This document shows, in pieces, positions 9,485 to 20,869 of a DNA stretch of 26,619 nucleotides. Made by a program: the position numbers and the translations under genes. Each line of letters opens with the position of its first letter. Position 1 is the stretch's first letter. This DNA comes from Paraspadella gotoi. Taxonomy: Eukaryota; Animalia; Chaetognatha. The notes beneath the pieces are model-generated. The model ran no database searches. It was not told the origin of the DNA and saw only the letters and a program-made list of their open reading frames with translations. The stretch is taken from positions 12,515 through 39,133 of the forward strand of contig JBJCIZ010000206.1 in NCBI GenBank assembly GCA_051294375.1. Reading direction: 5' to 3'.

Positions 9485-10540
9485 TTGAGGAGAGAGGGAG
9501 AGAGAGACACAGAGAGGAGGAAAGAGAGAGAGAGTGAATCAGAGGGATAAACTTCCTTCCCCCTAAACAAAGAATTGGAGGAAGTGATAACAAATAGGAG
9601 GGTGAGGACAGTGAAGTTTTAGCTCAGATAGAGAGAGACATGGGGGAAAGGAAATGAAAGATGAGAAAAGAAAATGCAGAGGTAATAAATTAAAATTTAC
9701 ATTAGGACAATGTATAACCAAAAATAAATTTATAAACTAAATGAAAGTAGGAGTAAATAAATTAATAACAACTACACTTGAATAATTTATAGTTTAGTAT
9801 TGGAAAACGAAAGGAAAATTTGACGTTTGTGAAAAGAGAAAGATAAAGAAAGAAGATCAAAGTGAACTGGCCCCCTCCCCCTTTAGGGCCATCAGTTGAG
9901 GGTCAGTGGCAGATTGGAGCTGGTCATTGGAATGGTCATTTGCCTGCGACTGGATGAGGTTGGGAATGAATCACAATGTGACCGTTATGTCGACAAGACC
10001 TGTCATCCCTGCAGCTTGCTCTCTTCTCCCCTGCTGAGGCCTGAGGCCTGGTCCCCTTCTTGCCTGCTTGGCAGTTGGCTCTGGAACCCGCCATCTTCCA
10101 GCTGAAGCCGTCTTTGAGGCGGGCGCCCAGGATGAGAAGAGTCATCCATTGTTTACAATACATTTTCAAGATTTTTATACATCCAGTATGATATAAATGC
10201 AAAAAATGAGTGAGAATGAGAAAAAGATAAGAGAAGAGAGAGCATGAGTGGAAAAAAAGTTGCAGGGAGAGAGAGAAAGAGTGGAAAGAAATGAATATAT
10301 GGGGAGAAGGGGGAGAACGAAAACAATTAAGAGAAAAGAAAAGATAAGAAAGAGGGAAGAAAGAGAATCAGAGAGGGAGAGTAAAGCAGATATAGAGAGG
10401 AAGGGAAATAAAGGTAAAGGAAGAAAAGAAGGGATGACACAGAGAAATATGAGGACAGAAAAGTCGGAGAAAGGGAGAGAAAGAGAGAAAAAGAGAGAAG
10501 GTTCAAGCTAGAAAAAAAATAGTAGAGAAAATGAAAAAAA
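9485..10540. repeat. Two GA-rich low-complexity tracts (~9485-9680, ~10200-10540) flanking a GC-rich island
   Basis: Degenerate (GA)n/(GAAA)n purine tracts on the + strand. Confidence 0.7.
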
Positions 10541-10888
10541 GTTTTAAAATATAGCGTGCCGTTTTTTTTTCTAAGCTTTAGTATATCTAAAAAACGTGAT
10601 AGATCTGACGAGCAATTTAATCTTTAAAAGTTGCCCTTACCATGAAAAATCGTTTTAGTTTCATCTTAATTAGGGCAGATACCATGATTAGAATGATTAA
10701 CGTAAAAGAAATTATGTCTTACCGTATTTTGAAAGCATAGAAATTCACCCAGTGAGTTCTATGTTATAAGGAGAAGATAACTATAGCCAACCATTTTTTT
10801 AAAATTATTTATTCATTTATTTATTTATTACTTATTTCATATTTATCAGTGGGAAAAAAAAATAATAGTTATTTAAGTTCCAATTCCA

Positions 10889-11220
10889 TGAGAGTCCTTT
10901 TCTGAGCTATTCTAACATCGAAAGCAGGGATTTCTTTTACAAGATTTTATTTCTGATCAGCAATAAACTAGAGGGAGCGACGAGAGAAGTGAAAATACAA
11001 ATTCTACAGAGGCAAAAACGATCGAACCTTAACGAAGGGCACCTCGAAAAATTTCTAATTAAATGTTAATACTGATCGGACGCTTACGAGAGCATCTGAA
11101 TAGCTCTGATAATATTTGAAAATGTGTTTTTGTTTATTTAGGTTAAGTTCGAATTAAAGTATTTGAAATGTATTTAAAAATACTAAGGCGCGATTTCCAG
11201 TTTTCATTCCGGAGCTTTCA
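10889..11220 (-). repeat. 3' LTR (approximate)
   Basis: Direct repeat of 15372-15721 (CTTTTCTGAGCTATTCTAACATCGAAA, ATTCTACAGA..CAAAAACGATCGAACC), with TG...CA ends. Confidence 0.75.
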
Positions 11221-11229
11221 GAACCCCCC

Positions 11230-14200
11230 AGCTGCGCGTTCTCGGTATGAGAGGGCGTATTGTTCTATTTGAAGCGTTTGTGGCGGGCTGCAGCGACGCT
11301 GAGGACGCTGGATGAAGGCGCCGGAGGGAGGGTCTGGAAGGGCCGCCGCGGCGCTTGATCGCGTCGCTTGACTGGGAGGCAGTTAGGCGTTTGGAGGGCG
11401 CCCGGCGCGGAGCGCGCGGAACCGTCGGGGTCGCCCGCGTCTTTCGGTGAATGGTTGAGGCGGTCGACGGAGACGTCGTCGTACGGCCGCCGATTTCGAG
11501 GCGGAAGGTCTTTGAGGCGCGTGTAGACCCGGAAAGGGGCCGTCGTAGAAGGCTGCAAAGGCGTGCGGTGGGGCCGCGTCTCACGAGACGAAGGCACGTC
11601 TTTGAGTTCGTCTGGGAAACGTTGAATGCGCGCGCGGGGCGTGGCGACGTGCCGTCGATTGGGGCGGAGAGTGCCTTGCACTTCTTCTCGGAGGGTCGGA
11701 GAACTCTGTGTGCCGGGCGCCGCTGTCGAGGACAAAATCGGGCCGGCAGTGGCCAACTCCTCGCCGGTAGACGAGCTCAGCGGCAGAGGCGTGGAGTCTT
11801 TCTTTGAAGCGGTGCGCAGGCCGAGCATCACCCATTGGGAGTTTGTCGACCCAATCTGCGGACGGCGAGATTTGGCGCGGAGGGACGGCCTTTGAGGTCC
11901 CGGTGGACGTTCCCATGCCGTTTGCTTGAGGATGTGGTACGACGTTGCTGTGTGAGGTTGGCTTCCAAGTGGTGACGCGCCAGTTGACGCCCAGGTTCGG
12001 ACACCAACTGAGTTGCCGCGGTCCGAAGTGATTGTTGGAGGGTCGCGCCGAAACGTGCGACCAACGGAATCGATAGTGCGCGCGCCCCGTCACCGCAGTT
12101 GATGTCCTGAAAGAGGAAGCGCCTCTGGCCAGCGCGTGAAGCGATCCGACGTGGAGAAATTATTGTGAAGCCCGTCGACGCCGAAGTCGGTCCACGGGGT
12201 CAACGTGGACTGCTGGAACCTCTTTTCAGGAGGGACGAGTCCTCTATGGGCGCCGACACGTTGCGTCCTCAGCTTTCGCCGCTGCGCGGACGGCCTGCCG
12301 CGCCAGTTGGCGGCGTCTTTCGCCGCGCCGGGAAACAAATTTTTTTTGTGACGATGCGACTTGGAAGTCTTTATTCCAGGGTGCGCACGTGTTAGGGCGT
12401 CGAAACTGTCCGAGCGCCATCCTTCGGCACGAGCGGCCCGCGCGACGCCCGTCGGCGGGAAGACGTCGCCAGAGGATGGGAATGCGTCGGAAGTTTGTTG
12501 TTTGAGGCGGCGGCGCGGGCACTGGACGTCTGGGAGGCGGTCGGTGTCGGCGTTCGTCCGTTTGGTCCCCGCCATTGCCTGCGAAGTCGACACGCCGGAG
12601 ACGATGACCGCCATGACGTCGTCGGGGTGCTGACGACGCGCGAGAGGGCGTCGGCGACGACGTTGGCTTTCGGAGACGTGTTTGAGTTCGTCGGTGGAAC
12701 TCCGAAACGGCACCGCAGAAGCTTGATTGCCTTGGCGCGCCGTCTTGGAGTCGGTCTTCTTGTTGATGGAAGGCACCAGGCTGCGTGGTCCGTGAAGAGC
12801 GTGAAGGGACGCCCTTCGAGGGAAATAACGGAAGTCGCGCACGGAGAGGTGGTGCCGGCCAGCAGCTCCGGTGTAGGGTGGATATTTCTTTGGCTGTCGT
12901 TATCATGGCCTTGGAGAAGAAGCGAGGGGGGGCGCCAGCGACCTCGACGAGCTGTTCGAGGAACGCGCCGTCGGCGAAAGTCGGAGGCATCGCCGTGAGC
13001 GCGGTGGCGCCGCCGTGACGGGATGATGAGCTCCCCCACGGCCGTCAGCTGAGGGCCTTTTTGGTCCGGGTTAAACGCTTTCCAGTTCGGTTTTCAGTCA
13101 ATCGACGATTGGGCTGTGACGACCTTTGAGAGCCGCGTAGAGAGGCGCCATCAGGCTCAGCCGCGCGTGGAACAACGGTGAAGATTCACCATTGCCGAGG
13201 AACCTTGAAAGCTTCCTTGACGGTTCTTTGGGACGCGGGAATCCGTTGTCGCGGCCACCTTTGAAGGAAGTTGGACGGACACCCCCGAGCGTCGATGTGG
13301 TGACCAGGAAGTCGAGGGAGTCGACGCCGAACCAGGCCTTCTCAGCGTTGATGACGGATCCGTCTTGCTCCTGGAGGCGGTCGAAAAGGCGCTTAAGGTT
13401 TTCAGGTGCTGAGTCCGATCCTGAGGCGACGAGGATGTCGTCGAGAGATGCGAACACTCTCGGCAGCCCCTTGCAGACGGACAGTCCATGAGCCGTTGGA
13501 AGCTTGAGCGGGTTTCTATCGGCCGAAGGGCATTGCGGAAGGTATTCGAAGACCAAGGAGTTGTGATGGCCGTCTTCGGGATGTCTTCTTCCGCCACGGG
13601 ACTGGTCGTACCCCTGAGCAATTCGACCTTGGAGAAGACGGTCATCCCGCCAAGGTCGGGGAGAGTCAGTGAGTGTTTGACGGTGATATCGATTCGTTCC
13701 TTGCGTGGCGGCGTTGAGGCGTCTGTAGTCGCCGCCAGGCGCGGAAACTTGCCGTCGTTTGGCGACGACCCCTGTGAAGCGGAGATGCCACGGAGATTGA
13801 GGACGGATAACGGACAGATTCGAGAGAGGCGCTGAAGTTTTCCTACAACTACCTTTTTGACGGCGCGAGCTTCGTCCGGCGACCAATCGAACGATGCCCT
13901 TGCGAATACCGGATGCCCTTCCGTTGGATGCCGAATGGGAAACGCAGTGACGAGGCGTTGAGGCTTCGAATTTTGGGGGTTAGGTCGGGATCGATCGCGA
14001 TAGAGTCAATGCAACGTTGGAGACTGCCCAAAGGTGATAGGTCGGCTAGTAAGGAAATGGCCGCTGACAGTACGAGCAGGGATGGTTCTCGAACCGTGCT
14101 CCGGTCGATGGGCGACAGCACGCGCAAAGAGATCGACCAGGAGTCCAATGGAGGGCGACAAGGAAGTCGGTCGCCGGAGGAACTTTGGAACGCATTGGAC

Positions 14201-14450
14201 TTCAGGCCACGACGCAGTTGCGACGAGGGCATTTGGAAGGCGAAGCGGAGTGGTCAGTGGTAGCGGCTATCCCGAAAGCCGGATGGAACGAATCCGTTTG
14301 ACAGACCCGGAGCAGGCCGACGCTGCCGCCCGGTTGGTCCTAGTTCCCACGTCGAGGCCGGGAAGGAAGCTGACATTCCGCGACCGGATGTCGCGAGGAA
14401 TCCGTGCCGGAGGTAGTCTCGCACGTGAGCAGGAGGAGAGGCGACGGTCG
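11230..14450 (-). pseudogene. pol: Gypsy pol (protease, RT, RNase H, integrase), many frameshifts
   Basis: RT: GDYRRLNAAT, TVFSKV, PVAEEDIPKTAITTP, FQRLMD, FASLDDILVAS. RH: DASDF, GAFLEQ, FFSK, LEGRPFTLFTDH, NVVADALSR. INT: AHPGIKT, DRFTRWPEALPL, ARFG, HPQANG, WVDKLP, LGLRTA, SAAELVY. PR: degenerate ...NVSFLP. Confidence 0.93.
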
Positions 14451-14599
14451 CCGCGCATCAACTGACGCCCAGGCGTTGTCGTTTCCCGAATTTCATTCTT
14501 GGGTACTTAATTCCAGTAACACCTCCGGCGCGCCAAGCAACGGCGCTCCTGCACCGCGCGGCCTTAGGCGCGCGAGTAGCAGGCGATGACTTCACGCAA

Positions 14600-15347
14600 G
14601 ATTGGCAGTCGGCTTATGAACGTTCGCGCCACACAGCAACATCGGGAGGAAATTGGACCTCCATGGCGGCGTCGCAAAGGGCTTGAAGGACCCGGAGTCC
14701 GTCGCGAATTCCACCTCAGTTGACGATTCGCGTTACCGTAACGGATTCGAAGTAGTATTTGTCCGCAAGACACTTCGCAGAGGTACGTCGGCGACCACCG
14801 GCGTCTGAGTGTACGAACGAGCAGGCGGACATACGACCGGCAAGGCGATGCCCGGCAGAAGTCGCAGCGCGATGACGTCGTCCATCTTGACGGCCAGTCG
14901 GGATGAGAGAACGAAGCTCGCTGGACAACTACCTGCGGGCGTTTCCACGAGGGTTTGACAGTGGAGAGGAGTTTGGCGGACGCCGTTCCGGCTTTCGGAT
15001 CGCCGGAAGGTGTTCCAGGAGGCGCAGTTTAAGCGCGTTGAAGGGAGATCCTCGAGCTACTCGCAGTCCGATCTAGAAAAAATTCGCGGATTTTGCGGGG
15101 AGGGACCTACCCTGGGAGAGTGACTGTGCACGGAACATAGGTAAGTAGCGCGAGTGGCGACGCACGTAATGCGCGCGATTGGCAAATGTGGGCTCGGCAG
15201 CGGACGAACAAGTTGAGGCTTCATTGGGCCAAAATCTGGAAGTATTGACGGATACGGCACGCAGCGGCGACGAGCGTCTTGTACTTCCCGGCATCTTGAA
15301 GTTAGGTCTGCGGAGAATGGGGGACTCAAGGAATTCGTCATGTTCAT
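14600..15347 (-). pseudogene. gag: Gypsy gag, frameshifted
   Basis: AVSV..LPDFWPNE(P)QL..AAEPTFA.ARIT..TR matches the VKLPxFWPxxPxLWFxxxEAxF..IT...R motif of invertebrate Gypsy Gag. Lies upstream of pol. Confidence 0.75.
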
Positions 15348-15371
15348 TGTTCGCTAGTAGGAACTTTCAAT

Positions 15372-15721
15372 TGAAGAGACCCACTTTTCTGAGCTATTCT
15401 AACATCGAAACGCAGGGAAATCTTCTTTTAAGATTTTAATTTCGCATCAGCAAATAAAAACAAGAAAGAGAGAGAGAGTGAAGAATACACATTCTACAGA
15501 GCAAAAACGATCGAACCATGTAACCGAGAGCACCTACGAAACATTTCTAAATAAAAGTTAAATACTGATTCGGACACTATAAACGAGACATCTCGGAAAA
15601 TAAGCTCCTGAAATTATGAAAATGTCGTTTTTGTTATTTTAGGTAAGTTAGAAATATAAAGTATATTGAATGCTATTATAAAATAACTTAAAGGCCGCCA
15701 CGATTTAGTTATTCTAATCCA
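15372..15721 (-). repeat. 5' LTR (approximate)
   Basis: Direct repeat of 10889-11210, with TG...CA ends. No clean PBS visible. Confidence 0.75.
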
Positions 15722-16021
15722 TGTTAAAATTCACTTTATCATTTATTATATTTATTACTATATTTCATATTATTCAGTGGGAAAAAAAATATATAGTTAT
15801 TTAAGTCCAAATTCCATTGTTGAAAATACTCAAATAGAAATCACTGCCAAAGTTAGCAGATTCGAAAAACGAAAGTTTTTAAGTTTTTACAACGATTTTA
15901 TTACAAATTATAAATGTTAAAAATTTGGATTTTTATCAGTGAATAAACAACATTTAAAAAATTGGGAATGCGGGGGTAAAAAGTTGATTTGTAAAGCGTT
16001 CCATTTTCTCCATCGATTTAG

Positions 16022-16301
16022 AGCCAACGTGGAACTTTGGATTTCGTGTCTGCTTCTCTTTTCACGGCGATCGACATTCTTCAATTTTTCTCTACGGCTG
16101 GTCTACTACGCCCACCCGACATCCAGGTTTTACGATGGCGGCGCTCGTCAACAATACAGCGCGCCTTTTGCGTGGGAACCAAAGCACCGATCGGGGACTC
16201 GGGAGTTGGCTTCCGTTGGCGGCGTCGTCGGCGTTCGGTTGCGGAGACCGATCTCCGAATCCGGCGATTCGGAGCAGAATTCGAAATTGGAGGCGAAGAT
16301 G
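16022..16301 (+). other. Candidate host coding exon, unknown product
   Basis: Pyrimidine tract plus TTTAG| acceptor; GC-rich open frame ANVELWISCLLLFSRR...GGVVGVRLRR...LEAKM; possible donor ATG|GTGACC. Confidence 0.3.
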
Positions 16302-16631
16302 GTGACCCAACTGAACCAATCAAGTTCCACCTCACATCTCACCGCTTTTCTATTATTTTTTATTTAATTTTTTTTCTTCTTGAATATTTCAATTATTTAA
16401 TCGACTGAGATAGAAATTATTATCGGCGTTTTTCCTTCCAGTTATACAGCTTTTTCAGAGGAATTATAAGCCTGATCCCCCCCCCATCCCCTAATGAATT
16501 TTAATGTCAGGCATCGGGAATTTAATATCAGTCGTGAACAAAAACACAATACTTTGCAATCATTTTTTTAATAACGGCATTTTTTCATTTATACTATGAC
16601 TGTGACATTACAAAGGTGGGCTCTAGTAAAT

Positions 16632-16860
16632 TTTTAGCCCGGATCTGACTTATCACAATTGCCAACTCTATATCCACTTTGTCGGTCCCCCCCCTCAATC
16701 TGTGTCGTGACATTCACTAAAATCGTGTCAGAACACCGAATTATGATAAGATTTAGCAAAAAAAAATTCCGTCCCGTCCAAACCATGGTCGTCTAGTCTG
16801 TGCGTCCGTCCCCCTCTGAAATAACTCCAATTACTCAGTGTTAGTAACTAGCAATTGCAG
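16632..16860 (-). mobile_element. Diverged inverted copy of the 3' end of the HINE-like element at 800-1745
   Basis: ACTTTGTCGGTCC, TGTCAGAACA.CGAATTATGATAA, GTCCGTCCC and CCAATTACTC are reverse complements of motifs in 1547-1740. Confidence 0.75.
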
Positions 16861-17750
16861 TGAATTTATTTTGTAAGTAGGAGGAAGTGATAGTGCATTT
16901 TTTAATTATTCATTTGTTTTATCTTTTTGGTGATTTATTTATTTTTTTTATAAAATACACGTTTTTCGTTTGAAAAATGAGAGAAAACTATAAAAGAATA
17001 TGCAATCAAATTATTATTTTTTTTATAGGACAAACGGAAGTAATGTTAATAACATTCAGATTAAGTGTCATAAGTTTTTGTTGACACATAATCTGCTTCG
17101 CATAAAATATGCGACCCAATTTACTGGAACTTTGGTATTAACAATCTCTATGTAACTACAAATAAAACTATTGAGGCGAATTCTATTTTGACCCCTGAAC
17201 CGAGATATTAGCCGCCCCGGAGGGGTCATCATAATAAGAGGCAAAAAAATGGTTAAAAAAATTTTTCTAAAATTTTTCTAAATATTTTTATATTCTTGAA
17301 AAGTTGCACGCACATTTACAACTTCCAAAAAAACGTATTTATTATTACCAAAAAAATATATTCATATACATGTATTTATATTAATATGTATATATTATAT
17401 ATAACTATATATTGTGTTGTTACAATTTCATAGATTATTTAACTTAATTTTCAGGGTTTCTTACATCCAGTGGTTCAATCAGATTTGGGAATAATTCAGG
17501 AAAATTAGAAAAAAATAATGCTTAAATAATGCTTAATTTAGCAAAACATCATCAATATTATAAACTAGAAATGCAAAATAGATTTTACAAAACGCATGTA
17601 GATTTTAAGTTCTTTTGCTCACTTTCAGTCTGTAAATCTACAGAAAATATAATAAAAAATAAAAAAATAATAAACAAAAGAAGATTGAGCAGAAACCGTT
17701 TTTTAAAAAAAAAACTAAAATTATTTTTCGTAGTATGGAAATGTGGGAAA

Positions 17751-17879
17751 AATTCTATGAGAGGGATTTTTTGAAAATGTTATTCCGTTTTCCAAGTATT
17801 TAGATCTTTAACGCCCAAAATTTCATTTTCTTTTTTTTTCCTATGAAGAAAATGATTTGGAAATCCCTCTCATAGAATT
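17751..17879. repeat. Perfect 19-bp inverted repeat with 91-bp spacer
   Basis: AATTCTATGAGAGGGATTT (17751-17769) / AAATCCCTCTCATAGAATT (17861-17879). Confidence 0.9.
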
Positions 17880-18483
17880 GGGGCCTTCACCTCAAGTAAA
17901 TTATGTTTTATTTCATACAAATACTTGCGTCGCCGTTTGGGCTTGCGCAACTTTTCGATAGGCTTCTTTTTATTATTAGGATATAAAATTAGGAAAAAAA
18001 ACGGGTTGAGTGAAATATAAAACGAATCAGCAGATTTTCAGATTTTCGGACCTCTACTTTTCAAATCACTAGCTTCTGTATACCCTATTAAATAAAACTT
18101 TTCTTATTAATTTAATTGCTAAAATAGAAAATTAATGACTGATAGTGATAGTATGTGCTCTGTGCTTTAATTTTCTCTTCGGTCCAGGCTATTAGGAATG
18201 ACTACGACAAGGAATGCAAAAGACGAAGTTTGAAAACTGACTGGTTTTCTTCTCTTAATTGATTCTGTTTCGCTTTTGATGTTGCTGAGAAACTATTTCT
18301 TTGTTGTCGTCCTCGGCCCACATTAAATAACAAACAGGATGAGCTCCACCGGATTATCAACCTGGATTTACGCCAGTTTTCGTCGCACAAAGCGAAGATT
18401 TCAACGTCTTCAAAGACCAGGTTTCTCATAATTTCAGACCATTTAGTGGGGATACAAGTCGTTTCGAAACTAGACATACTTCC

Positions 18484-19310
18484 TAAATAAATTTGGTACC
18501 GTTGGAAAGAGAATTGCGAAAATTAGCCGAAATCCAAAATTTCATGTTAAATCGGAGCTAAGCGTTCAAAAGTAATCGGAAAAAAAAGATCGGCGAAAAA
18601 ACGTGCGTCTCGAGGCGGATGCGAACTCGCGCTATTTAAGAAAAAAGGGTCATTCAAATCAAACTTCAAAATAGGCTACAAATGGAGAACAAAATTCAGG
18701 AAAGCTGAGCTCTCGGCGATTTCCGAAAATCTATTCACTTTAAACATTTGATGCATTTCTACCCCATTTTATATCGGTTTTAATTATAATATCATGTCTG
18801 CTCTTGTAAAAATAAAATTCGTTGCAAAAATAAAATCAAACTTGTTGTAATCTCTCAACAACTAAAAAAGAAAGAATTACATTACCAATTATAATATAAA
18901 ATATAAAGAAAACCTAGTCTGAAGTTGCACGGTTAAACGAAAAGGCCAATCCATCTGAATATTTTTTATGAATTTTTTATTAGTGACATTTGAAAAATGT
19001 ATAGGATGAACATTTTGTAAATTTCACTTTTATCCTTGAGAAATGAAACGTTTTTATAACTTTAACCCTGAAGTTCTTTCTAACTGGAACGCGTTTATCA
19101 AAATGTCTTCTCTGATTACATTTTTACAAATGTTTTTTAAGATTGCTAATCAACTTTTAATTCAATATTTATTGCTGGGGATGAGCAGTCGTTTCTCTAA
19201 ACTATTGAGTTATTTTTAAAATAAATTTGGTACCGATCGATAGGAAATTTAAAAACTATCATATATGCAAAATTCATAAAAATCGGATAATCCGTTCAAA
19301 GTTATGGCAA
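18484..19310 (+). repeat. Two diverged direct copies (~18484-18580, ~19217-19310) of a MITE-type internal motif
   Basis: AAATAAATTTGGTACCG...AAAATT(T)CAT..AAATCGGA..TAA.CGTTCAAA occurs at both sites. Confidence 0.6.
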
Positions 19311-19889
19311 TAAAACAGTCGCGAAAATCGCGCTTCAAATCCGATCCACTTCGCTTAAAATCGAACTCGTTTTGATCCAATAAGGATTTGAACTAAGCCT
19401 TTAAACCGATAATAGCGATTATGGCGAAACCGGGCCTCAATAAGAGAAAATAAAGAATAAAGCCCCGGAAAAAAGGAATCCTTACAAAACTAATCACAAA
19501 AATAACATAATTATAACAGAATAAAAAAGGGAAAAGACAAGAGAGCCAAAGAAGGTAATTAAATTGAAAGTATATTGAGGCTGATCCACCAGCAAAAACT
19601 ACTATTAAACTAACTCAATTAATATCGTTAATTCAAGATTGAGAATTCACTATCGTCACTTCACGATTTAATTTTTCATTTTTGAATCATTTTAATTTTA
19701 GTAACTGATTTTAATATGATAGTATCTAAAACTATAATTAAAAAGATAATGATTGATAATGGTAAAGTTAAATTGTATGCAATGAATAAATTAATTAAAA
19801 CAATGATGATGACGATAGTATTTAATATCTCAAATTTGTCATATCTGAATCCGGATTGACTACGATAATTTAGCGGTAATCAGCTAAAA

Positions 19890-20645
19890 ATTATGCAAGT
19901 GAAATAAGGATATGCAAAGTTGAAAAAGGTATGCAAGTTGAAAAAGGTATGCAAGGTTGAAATAAAGTATGCAAGTTTGAAAAAGTATGCTAAAGTTGCA
20001 TTGAAAAAAGTATGCAAGTTGAAAAAAAGTATGCAAGTTGAAAAAAGTAATTGCAAAGTTGAAAAAAGTATGCCAAGTTTGAAAAAAAGTATGCGAAGTA
20101 TGAAAAAAGTATGCAATTTGAAAAGTATGCAACTTTGAATAAAAGTATGCCAAGTTGAAAAAAGTATGCATCCTTTGGAAAAAGTATACATACTTTGAAA
20201 AAAGTATGCATACTTCGAAAAAACTATGCATACTTTAAAAAAAGTATGCATACTTTGAAAAAAGTATGCATACTTTGAAAAAAGTATGCATACTTTAAAA
20301 AAAGTATGCATACTTTGAAAAAAGTATGCATACTTTGAAAAAAGTATACATACTTTGAAAAAAGTATGCATACTTTGAAAAAAGTTTGCATACTTTGAAA
20401 AAAGTTTGCATACTTTGAAAAAAGTTTGCATACTTTGAAAAAAGTTTGCATACTTCGAAAAAACTATGCATATTTTGAAAAAAGTATGCATACTTTGAAA
20501 AAAGTATGCATACTTTAAAAAAAGTAGGCATACTTTAAAAAAAGTAGGCATACTTTAAAAAAGTAGGCATACTTGGAAAAAATAGTATGTAAGTTGGAAA
20601 AAAGTATGCAATTTGGAAAAAAGTATGCATACTTTAAAAAAGTAT
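19890..20645. repeat. Minisatellite: ~19-bp AAAAAAGTATGCAAGTTG-type units grading into a 20-bp unit with palindrome AAAGTATGCATACTTT
   Basis: Directly visible; near-perfect 20-bp period over ~20160-20570. Confidence 0.97.
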
Positions 20646-20869
20646 CTTGTAGAAAAGACAATAAGCTATCCGAATCCGTACTGATATGTATGATTTGTCA
20701 ATTTTTCTTTTTCTTTCTCTCTCTCTCTCTTTCTTTCTTGTTAAACTTTCTTCTCTTTATTAATTAATTTCCTCGTCATTCAGCGTATTTTCATAAAGAA
20801 ATAAGATAAAGAGACTTACAAGGGACAAACGACGCCTCGAATCGGTTCCCTTGAATTCGCAAAGTTTAT

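Larger units (their letters stand above)
10889..15721 (-). mobile_element. Ty3/Gypsy LTR retrotransposon, near full length, heavily frameshifted
   Basis: gag followed by PR-RT-RNaseH-INT order; direct terminal repeats; PPT-like TGGGGGG (minus strand, 11224-11230) next to the 3' repeat. Confidence 0.95.

Noticed and set aside
10248-10511. K/R/E-rich 87-aa ORF
   Set aside because: Translation of a GA-rich low-complexity tract.
11451-14928. Plus-strand ORFs within the Gypsy interior
   Set aside because: Antisense shadows of GC-rich gag/pol with no independent motifs.
19880-20551. Repetitive 70-220 aa ORFs
   Set aside because: They are translations of the minisatellite.
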